This document shows, piece after piece, positions 57,173-64,000 of a DNA stretch of 64,000 bases. The position numbers were made by a program, and so were the translations under genes. The notes beneath the pieces were generated by a model. It saw only the letters and a program-made list of their open reading frames with translations, did not search any database and had not been told where the DNA came from. Position 1 is the first letter of the stretch. Every line of letters begins with the position of its first letter. The DNA comes from Candidatus Poribacteria bacterium. Lineage in GTDB: Bacteria; Poribacteria; WGA-4E; GCA-2687025. The DNA is taken from positions 3,467,895 through 3,531,894 of the forward strand of contig OY762492.1 of assembly GCA_963665845.2 (NCBI GenBank), written 5' to 3'.

Positions 57173-57514
57173 TTATTTGATGACCAGATTCACGATTACC
57201 ATGACCAGGGGTCCCAGTAGACCAGCCGCAAGCCCGATGATGATAATGCTGCCGGCGATTTTTCCCTCGAGCCGCGCGATGGCTTTTCCATTGTCCAAGA
57301 TGGCTTTTCCATTGTCCAAGATGGCGTTTCTGTTCACCTCAATGGCGTTTTTGTTCGCTTCAATGGCGTTTTTGTTCGCTTCAATGGCGATTCTGTTTTC
57401 CGCGATCGCGCTTCTGTTTTCCGCGATCGCGTCTTCGAGGCGGTCTGCCCGCGCAATGTGGGCGTCAAGTTTTTGGATCAGCGCGTAGAGTTCCCCACTG
57501 ATGTCGTCGTTCAT
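57173..57514 (-). CDS. Tail-anchored coiled-coil protein built from heptad (21-bp) tandem repeats
   Basis: GGAG RBS followed by ATG. AIAENRS AIAENRI AIEANKN AIEANKN AIEVNRN AILDNGK AILDNGK AIARLEG, followed by the C-terminal TM helix SIIIIGLAAGLLGPLVMVIVNLVI. Confidence 0.65.
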   Translation of the reverse strand: MNDDISGELYALIQKLDAHIARADRLEDAIAENRSAIAENRIAIEANKNAIEANKNAIEVNRNAILDNGKAILDNGKAIARLEGKIAGSIIIIGLAAGLLGPLVMVIVNLVIK

Positions 57515-57754
57515 GGCGTATCTCCTCAGTTGTGGGCGGATGATGCCACCGCTTTCATCATACGATAAGCGTCTTTAAAATGCAAGCATTCTGTCGGCGA
57601 AGTGGGCTGCGGAGCTTTCCGTCCGCGGCAGTAAGTCCCGCCCCGACGCGCCCTTCGCCTTCTAAAATCCCCAGCCCCCCTTTTCAAGGGGAGTCCAGAA
57701 GCCCCGCGTCCGGCAGGCGTCATTCCTGCCCTTAACGTATTTTAGATGCGCTCG

Positions 57755-58312
57755 TCAGGTATCCGAGTCGTTTTCATGCTCTCTGTTTTGAAGCTGGCGC
57801 GTCAGTTCATCAACCTGTCGGCGGAGGTACGCCAGTTCAGCGTTTTGGGGCGATCTTGCGTCGCTCATCAGAATGGTTAGGTCGGCGATTTCTTGGCGCA
57901 GCCGCGCGACCTCCTCGTCCGGCGGCTGCTGCGCGTTTTTCAGCTGGCGCGTCAGGTCGTTGATCTGCTCCTGCATATGAGCGATTTCCCGCTCCGAACG
58001 CGATTCCCGTTCCTGCCGCCGCCATCCCGACGAAGCGGAAAAACGCCGACTCGTCCGCTCTCTTCTCGCCGTATAAGACTGCTCAACCCGTTCATAATCT
58101 TCCTCGTCCCACTCCATATCCCGCTCCCGCCTCTGCCGAAGCGTCCGCGTAAAACGCGGTTTCGGTACTCGCCGCAATAGCGTGTCCATTCTATTGCCGG
58201 ACTCCGTGGACTTTTTCTGCCCCCCGAAAAAACCAATAACGGCTCCAACGCCGACCGTACCTAAAAGAAAAAAGCAGCAGCAAAGCAAGCATTCCAAAGA
58301 GCCTACCATCAT
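57755..58312 (-). CDS. Hypothetical N-terminally anchored, Arg/Glu-rich coiled-coil protein
   Basis: Cys-rich TM helix MMVGSLECLLCCCFFLLGTVGVGAVIGFF, then charged helices (INDLTRQLKNAQQ..., VDELTRQLQNRE). GGGAGG lies immediately upstream of the ATG. Confidence 0.5.
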   Translation of the reverse strand: MMVGSLECLLCCCFFLLGTVGVGAVIGFFGGQKKSTESGNRMDTLLRRVPKPRFTRTLRQRRERDMEWDEEDYERVEQSYTARRERTSRRFSASSGWRRQERESRSEREIAHMQEQINDLTRQLKNAQQPPDEEVARLRQEIADLTILMSDARSPQNAELAYLRRQVDELTRQLQNREHENDSDT

Positions 58313-58332
58313 CCTCCCGTGAGCAGGTTCGG

Positions 58333-59736
58333 TTAAAAAATGAAGTAGATAAAGGGATTATACGTCTGGGCGGACAATAACGCTAGCGACAGCCACAAGC
58401 CCGCCAGCGCCGCCCCCGCTTTCAACGGCGTCAACCGCTCCGTCCAGTCCCACGCCGTCGGAGAGAGCCACACCGTCAACCCGCTGACTGCCATGCTGAT
58501 CAGATAATACGGCTGATACAGAACGCCCGATACGAGCGCCGCCTCCGGCGTCGGCGATCCGATCCCCGCCAGAGAGCCTAAAAACGCCCATGCCGAGCCG
58601 AGGTCAGGGGCGCGGAAAAACGCCCAGCCGAGGCACACCAGTAAAAAGGTCAGCCCGACGCGCGCCCCGCGCGGCAATCCGCTGTACGCCGCCCGCTTTC
58701 CGCGCCAGCGTTCCAGCGCCAGCATCCCGCCATGCAGCGACCCCCAGACGACGAAGTTCCAAGAGGCGCCATGCCATAGCCCGCCGAGTATCATCACCAG
58801 CGCGAGGTTTAGATAGGTGCGCCGCGGACCTTTGCGGTTGCCGCCGAGCGGTATATAAAGGTAGTCGCGCAGCCAGCTGGAAAGGGAGATATGCCATCGG
58901 CGCCAAAATTCGGTGATCGATTCGGAGCGGTACGGCGAGTCGAAGTTCTTTGGAAACGCGAAGCCGAGCGTCAAGCCGAGGCCGATCGCCATATCGGAGT
59001 AACCGCTGAAATCGAAGTAGATCTGAAACGCATACGCGAGCAAGCCGTACCAAGCGTCCAGAAAATGGAGCGACCCAGCCTCAAAGACCGTGTCTGCCAT
59101 TTTACCGCACGGGTTCGCCAGCGCGACCTTCTTCGCCATGCCGACCGAAAAAAGAGCCGCCCCACGCGCAAACTTCTCCAACGTATGCGTACGGCTGCGC
59201 AGCTGCTCCGACACATCCGAAAAACGCACAATCGGACCCGCCACCAGTTGCGGAAACATCGACACATAACAGGCGAAGTCGATGAAACGGCGAATCGGCT
59301 GCGCGTCCCCCCTGTAGACATCGATCGTGTAACTCATCGACTGAAACGTATAAAAGCTGATGCCGAGCGGAAGCGCGACCTGCAAGGCGCCTTCCCATGC
59401 GGGCGACTCCAAACCGACGAGCCGCATGAGCGCGGCGGCGTTTTCAGAAGCGAAGTTGAAATATTTGAAGAAGCCGAGAAGCGACAGGTTCGCGCAGATG
59501 GAAACAACTACGGCGCGCTTGCGGGTCGATTCGCCGCCCGACATCGCCAGCCCGCACCGGTAATCGACCAGCGTGGAGCCGAGCATGAGCAGTATGAACC
59601 ACGGGTTCGCCCAGCCGTAAAACAGGTAGCTGAACGCGGTCAGCGCCAAATGCTTCGCCCGCCGCGGCATCAGATAATAAACGGCGAGCGCCAGCGGCAG
59701 ATAATAATAAACGAACAGCGGCGAACTAAAGACCAT
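58333..59736 (-). CDS. MBOAT-family membrane-bound O-acyltransferase (AlgI/DltB-like)
   Basis: 467 aa and polytopic. GISFYTFQSMSYTIDVY, FWRRWHISLSSWLRDYLYIPLGGNR with the catalytic His, and GLWHGASW. Confidence 0.9.
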   Translation of the reverse strand: MVFSSPLFVYYYLPLALAVYYLMPRRAKHLALTAFSYLFYGWANPWFILLMLGSTLVDYRCGLAMSGGESTRKRAVVVSICANLSLLGFFKYFNFASENAAALMRLVGLESPAWEGALQVALPLGISFYTFQSMSYTIDVYRGDAQPIRRFIDFACYVSMFPQLVAGPIVRFSDVSEQLRSRTHTLEKFARGAALFSVGMAKKVALANPCGKMADTVFEAGSLHFLDAWYGLLAYAFQIYFDFSGYSDMAIGLGLTLGFAFPKNFDSPYRSESITEFWRRWHISLSSWLRDYLYIPLGGNRKGPRRTYLNLALVMILGGLWHGASWNFVVWGSLHGGMLALERWRGKRAAYSGLPRGARVGLTFLLVCLGWAFFRAPDLGSAWAFLGSLAGIGSPTPEAALVSGVLYQPYYLISMAVSGLTVWLSPTAWDWTERLTPLKAGAALAGLWLSLALLSAQTYNPFIYFIF

Positions 59737-59761
59737 GCGCCATGCCGCGCCGGGCGCGCCG

Positions 59762-60538
59762 TTACAGCAGCGACGAGGGCGGCGGCGGAGGCAGCAGAGC
59801 GTTCCAGCCGTATCCAGGACCCTCGGCGTCCAGCGCCGTATCTTGCTCCATCAAGAGCGGCAACCCGTCGTCCATCGGAAACGCGTTGCTGACATAAGCG
59901 CCGTCTTGGGATTCATACGGGCGCAGGCGCAGTATATGCGCGCCGCCGATCTCATACGCCAGCGCCGGCTGACGCGCTTCGTTGCGAACCGCCCAGTGAG
60001 CCACGCGCAGGCGCAACTGATTGGTCAAACCCTTGATGCGCCGTAAAATGCGGTACTCATACACCACCAGCACATTGCGGAACGGCGCCTCTTCAAAAAC
60101 GGGCAGCGGCGACTTCGCCACCAGCTCCGCCTCCACCATAAATTGGCTCTCCTCTACCGACGGATCGGAGCCGCTGTCCGCATCCTCTAAGGGCGGGTAC
60201 GTTTCGTCGTCTATTGAGGCTGTCGCGCCGTTTCCGCCGCTCTCCGCGCTGTAAGGCTCAACGCTTTCGACATGCCGCTCGTTCGCTTCCCATTCGCGTA
60301 TCATCTTTTCTAATTCGGCATTCGATATGCGTGAGCTTTCTTCGTCAAAATTCGGGTCTGCCTTTGAGACGGGAACATGCGTTTGGCGCGGCGTCTGAAT
60401 CAACGGCGCCCCGCTCTCCTGCGAGCGGGTCGACATGCCCACATAATAGAGGGCTGCCGCCAACAAGCAGCCGAGTCCAAAACCAATCAAAAAAGCGAAT
60501 CCGCGATCCGATTTGCGCATATGCCGCCGCCTTTCCAT
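59762..60538 (-). CDS. Hypothetical N-terminally anchored protein carrying the locus-specific C-terminal domain
   Basis: The ATG at 60538 overlaps the upstream stop by 1 nt (TGATG). TM helix FAFLIGFGLGCLLAAALYYVGM. An acidic linker. C-terminal VLVVYEYRILRR...LRVAHWAVRNE...ILRLRPYES is shared with 53042-54481 and 60538-63699. Confidence 0.6.
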   Translation of the reverse strand: MERRRHMRKSDRGFAFLIGFGLGCLLAAALYYVGMSTRSQESGAPLIQTPRQTHVPVSKADPNFDEESSRISNAELEKMIREWEANERHVESVEPYSAESGGNGATASIDDETYPPLEDADSGSDPSVEESQFMVEAELVAKSPLPVFEEAPFRNVLVVYEYRILRRIKGLTNQLRLRVAHWAVRNEARQPALAYEIGGAHILRLRPYESQDGAYVSNAFPMDDGLPLLMEQDTALDAEGPGYGWNALLPPPPPSSLL

Positions 60539-63500
60539 CAAGGGTCTACCGCGTAAAATAAGGGCGCATTAAAATCCGGTTCCAACGTGTCCGACATGTA
60601 AAACGATTCCAGTTGAGGGTTCCTCTCAAAAGGCTCAATGCGGAGGCGGACGGAGCTTCCCGCCTTCCATTGCGCCGAATCAAGCGTCTTGCCGTCCATG
60701 GCGACCCAGTGAACGACGCGCATCTTCGAGGGCGCCGCCGAGCCGTCCAACGCCCGCGCCGATTCATACTCATAAACCGCCAGCGCCTCCCGATACGGCT
60801 TGATCTCCTCTAGTGTCGGCGCGCGGGAGAGATTTGTCAAGGTAGCCTCCACCTCCAGCGGACGAATCGATTCGCGGCTCTCATAAAGACGCCAGTACGC
60901 CTCGCTGTTTTGCCGCGCCTCGGCGGCGTCCATCCAGCGCGAATAGATTGCGGCGCCCTCCAGACGCCCCGACCAGTCGCGCCCGCCGCCCCATTCGTCG
61001 CCGAACAGGAGCCGCTGCGCTTCCCAGTTTTCAAAACCGCCGCGAACGTTCGTAGTACGCAAAACCTCAACCCCGTCTCGATAGCATACCAGCAAACCCT
61101 GCCTATACGTAATTGAGACATGAACAGGCGAATTTTTAGGCAATTCGAACAACGGCGTTTGCGGATTAATCCCGTTCTCCCCTGTCGACGGCGTCCGAAG
61201 CCGCAAAATAAGCCGCCCGCCCTCCTGCCCCAACGTGAAATTGCGCGACGTTGCGCCGCTGGAAAAGGTAACAATACGCGCCGGCCCGAATTGGTCCATC
61301 GAGTCGGTCTGTATAAACGCCTCAATCGTCAACTGATTCGTCCGCTTTGCCGCGTCCAAAAGCCGCTTCGCCGCGCTCTCGTCGGCTAAAAACGCCCCGC
61401 CCGACAGCGCCATCCCATACGCGCCTGTCAAACGCCCCTTCCCTGTCGGTTTGAGGACGCATGCGCTGTTGCCGATAAGATTGTCCGCCTTGTCGGTCTG
61501 CCAAATAAATTGAAGGCCGGCGCGGCTCGCCGGCCAAGGCGTCGGGTTCTCCGCAAAACGCCGCTCGCGCAGCGCCTTAAAGTCGCGCCAGCTGCGCCGC
61601 GCCTCCTCAGCGGACAACGCCCGGCTGTGTGCCGCAAACGCCTCCACAACGCCGTTCCATCGGCGGTTTCCGTCCGCCTCGTCGCCCAGCAAAAAGTAAT
61701 GGTCAGTCCACGCCTTCAGATCGCCTTTCAGCGCCGTTGTCTGAAACGCCTTCTCGCCGTCACGGTAGGCAGTCAATTGCCCGTTGCGGTACGCCGCGAC
61801 GACATGGACGGTCTCGTACGCCTTCAGCGGAAACAGCGCGAACTCGCGGTAGCCGCCGCTTTCCGCTGTCGTTTCGGAGGTGCGCAGACGAAGGATGAGC
61901 TGGGCGTTCTGTTGACCGAGCGTGAAGTTGCGCGCCGACGCGGTGCTTGAAAAGGTAACGATACGGGCAGGACCGCTCTGGTCAAGCCGATCGGTCCGAA
62001 ACACCGCCTCTATCGACATCTCTCCAGACGCGCGGCATGCTTTCAAAAGAGCGGCCGCGGCAGTCGGAAAACGAGCCGAGCCGCCTGAAAACTCCAAGGA
62101 ACCGTCCCAGCCCTCTTGGACCGCGCCTTCGCGCTTCATTTCATGCGTTCCCGCGGACGCCTCGCCCGACGACCATGAAACGACCGCGGCGTCCGCATCG
62201 ACCGGCCAAGCGGGCGGACGAACCGCAATGCGCAGCGGCTCCATCTCGTTCGGGCTTTGCGCCAAATCCTTCGCGCCCGACAAGATCAACGTATCTGTCG
62301 ACTCCACCGGCTCCCGAAGCGTCAACGCCGCCGCGTCCGCGCCGACCGCCGTCACCGACTCGATCTCCACCCCAGACGCCAGCGACGCCTTAAAACGGCT
62401 CAAATCAACCGGCTCGCTGAACTGAACCCGCGCAAGCCGCTTCGATGGAAGCGACGCATCCTTTACATACGGAATGGTGCGCGGCTCCGCCTTGACGCGC
62501 CCGCGGTAGGTCTCTTCGCCGTCTGCCGCCGACACCTCATATTCGCCTGCTTCTTTGTAGATATAGGAGACGCTTGAACCGCGCAAACGGGTCCCATCCC
62601 CCATATCCCACGCGGCGCCCTTCGAAACGCCTTCAGGCGCCAACTCCACCCGCAGCGGAACCTCCCCCTCCGCCCTGCCCAACTCCAAACCGCGCAGATA
62701 CACATCGGGGAAACGATCCGCGGCGCCGTCAAACGTATAGCGCGCCGGCTCGCCCATCAGCTCCAGCGTTTCAGGGTCGATGCGGGAGATAAAGATGTCG
62801 TAATCGGAGCGGAAATGGTCATGCTGATTGGGAGACGCGCCGAACGCGATCAGGTCGGAGCGGTCGGAGATCATCGGAAAGTAGATGTAGCTGCGCTCCG
62901 CCGGCAAACGGCTGTCATTTTTATAGAGGATCGCTTCCACGGCGCCCGTTTCAAGATGGATGCGGTTGACGGGTCCGCCCGCGCCAGCCATCCAGTACCC
63001 CCAGACGCCGTCGCGCGTGAAGTAGGGCTGACAGCCGCCGCGGTGTTTTCGGCGGGAGATCTGCTTGCTGCTCAAATCATAGGGGGAAAACTCTGGGCGG
63101 CCGGGCGTCGCATGCGTCAAGGAGGCGTTGATGAGCATACCGAACTCTTTTTGCGGCTCGGAGGTGAGGCGCAGATTGCTGTCCGTTTTCAGATTCATCT
63201 GATAGGTATGCCCGTCGCCGCCGATGTAGATAAATTCGTCGGGGCTGATCCAGACGGCGGCGCGGTCCTCAAAATAAGCGCGCGCGTTCTCAACGAGAAC
63301 CCGATCCCGCCCTGTCTCGATATGGAACAGACGCAGCGGAACCTTGATGTTGTGCAGTTCGGGCTTGCCGTGGAGGTTCTTGTCGTAGCTGTTTCGCCCT
63401 TTCGGGTAGCTCAAGTAAAGAAGCCGCTTGCCGTCGGGAGAGACATGCGGGCAAAAGTGGTCGCGCCCGTTTTCATCAGGGACCAGCTGGCGCAGACCGC

Positions 63501-63699
63501 TCCCGTCCAGGTTGCGCATCCAGATGCGCCAAGCGCCGGTTCGGCTCGATTCCCACACGACAAAGCCGTCGCCGAGCTGCGCGATCTCTTTCCATGCCGC
63601 TTTTTCGCCGGCGGTCTGCGCCTCCGCCCCGCCCAGAAAGGCGGTCCCAAAAAGGAAATATCCCAAAGCAGACAACAGAGATAACCGACGAGAACTCAT
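60538..63699 (-). CDS. Large secreted multidomain protein: PD40/TolB-like propeller, PKD domain, two LamG-like jelly-roll domains and the locus-specific C-terminal domain
   Basis: Signal peptide MSSRRLSLLSALGYFLFGTAFLGGAEA (ATG 63699 after GGAAGG; an alternative ATG is at 63717). PD40 motifs (HVSPDGKRLLYLSY). PKD-like AAWDMGDGTRLRGSSVSYIYKEAGEYEVS. Duplicated LamG blocks (GPARIVTFSSTASARNFTLGQQNAQLILRLRT and GPARIVTFSSGATSRNFTLGQEGGRLILRLRT). Confidence 0.8.
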   Translation of the reverse strand: MSSRRLSLLSALGYFLFGTAFLGGAEAQTAGEKAAWKEIAQLGDGFVVWESSRTGAWRIWMRNLDGSGLRQLVPDENGRDHFCPHVSPDGKRLLYLSYPKGRNSYDKNLHGKPELHNIKVPLRLFHIETGRDRVLVENARAYFEDRAAVWISPDEFIYIGGDGHTYQMNLKTDSNLRLTSEPQKEFGMLINASLTHATPGRPEFSPYDLSSKQISRRKHRGGCQPYFTRDGVWGYWMAGAGGPVNRIHLETGAVEAILYKNDSRLPAERSYIYFPMISDRSDLIAFGASPNQHDHFRSDYDIFISRIDPETLELMGEPARYTFDGAADRFPDVYLRGLELGRAEGEVPLRVELAPEGVSKGAAWDMGDGTRLRGSSVSYIYKEAGEYEVSAADGEETYRGRVKAEPRTIPYVKDASLPSKRLARVQFSEPVDLSRFKASLASGVEIESVTAVGADAAALTLREPVESTDTLILSGAKDLAQSPNEMEPLRIAVRPPAWPVDADAAVVSWSSGEASAGTHEMKREGAVQEGWDGSLEFSGGSARFPTAAAALLKACRASGEMSIEAVFRTDRLDQSGPARIVTFSSTASARNFTLGQQNAQLILRLRTSETTAESGGYREFALFPLKAYETVHVVAAYRNGQLTAYRDGEKAFQTTALKGDLKAWTDHYFLLGDEADGNRRWNGVVEAFAAHSRALSAEEARRSWRDFKALRERRFAENPTPWPASRAGLQFIWQTDKADNLIGNSACVLKPTGKGRLTGAYGMALSGGAFLADESAAKRLLDAAKRTNQLTIEAFIQTDSMDQFGPARIVTFSSGATSRNFTLGQEGGRLILRLRTPSTGENGINPQTPLFELPKNSPVHVSITYRQGLLVCYRDGVEVLRTTNVRGGFENWEAQRLLFGDEWGGGRDWSGRLEGAAIYSRWMDAAEARQNSEAYWRLYESRESIRPLEVEATLTNLSRAPTLEEIKPYREALAVYEYESARALDGSAAPSKMRVVHWVAMDGKTLDSAQWKAGSSVRLRIEPFERNPQLESFYMSDTLEPDFNAPLFYAVDP

Positions 63700-63846
63700 G
63701 GGCGAAGCCTTCCGCATTCCGTATCCGCATGAATCATACACTATAGCCCCGCCGGCTGATGTTATATGTTTATGAAATCAGAATAAAAAACGCCCCTGCA
63801 ATGCGCCTCTCTTGTTAACGATGTCCAGAATCGAATGCGAAGTTAT

Positions 63847-64000
63847 CTGACCTCATGCTGAAAGTCGGGACATTTGAACTGACAATCGCTCTATTCACGG
63901 GAAAAGGCGCCGCCAACCAGACCGTCATTCCCGCGTAAGCGGAAATCCAGAGGCGGCGAAGAAAACGTCCGCGTTCGCATGCCGACATGTCCTAACTTAA
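63847..64000 (+). mobile_element. MITE type II copy, truncated by the window end
   Basis: CTGACCTCATGCTGAAAGTCGGGACATTTGAACTGACAATCGCTCTATTCACGGGAAAAGGCGCCGCCAACCAGACCGTCATTCCCGCGTAAGCGGAAATCCAGAGG...GACATGTCCTAACTTAA. Confidence 0.75.

Overview
This is a 64-kb, high-G+C bacterial chromosomal segment, about 55-60% G+C by eye with a few clearly AT-richer islets. I support about 47 protein-coding genes and found no rRNA, tRNA or CRISPR array. The ORF track uses alternative start codons, so I re-picked many starts using ATG plus RBS context.

Gene content:
- Housekeeping: hemL, a polyprenyl diphosphate synthase, ribD, rpsT, recR, rsmG and a lipid A-type acyltransferase.
- Envelope and transport: an RND pump with an unusual PDZ-TPR adaptor, and a TonB-dependent receptor next to a PduO-type corrinoid adenosyltransferase.
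- Glycan genes: a GH95 fucosidase, two xylose-isomerase-like TIM barrels, and an MBOAT/AlgJ-like O-acylation locus.
- Many eukaryote-like repeat proteins: a 1778-aa WD40 protein, TPR proteins, PD40 and BNR/Ycf48-like propellers.

Mobile and repetitive DNA:
- An IS110-family element (about 36121-37664) sits exactly inside a palindromic repeat.
- An IS1-family element lies at about 39704-40528.
- Nearly every intergenic gap carries a mosaic of short repeats. One is an ATTCCC-N8-GGGAAT hairpin resembling Neisseria dRS3. Another is a CCCCCCTTTTCAAGGGGGG hairpin. There are also two MITE families, two copies of which have clean 8-bp target-site duplications.

Most interesting observations:
1. A 26-nt poly-C tract separates the RBS-linked ATGs from the giant WD40 ORF by one frame. 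This is either a phase-variation switch or a homopolymer artefact.
2. A low-GC islet between hemL and ribD encodes TPR, an intact PIN and a catalytically degenerate PIN paralog, with no canonical antitoxin.
3. A translationally coupled DUF488-DUF488-unknown cassette.
4. About 100 aa of C-terminal sequence are shared by three otherwise unrelated proteins around the MBOAT gene.
5. The IS110 left non-coding end is a candidate guide (bridge) RNA.
6. A membrane-tethered ECF sigma factor and a tail-anchored protein built from 21-bp tandem repeats.

Taxonomy is not determinable from here. The T9SS-like C-terminal domain and the repeat-protein load hint at an uncultured FCB/PVC-like or candidate-phylum organism, at low confidence.
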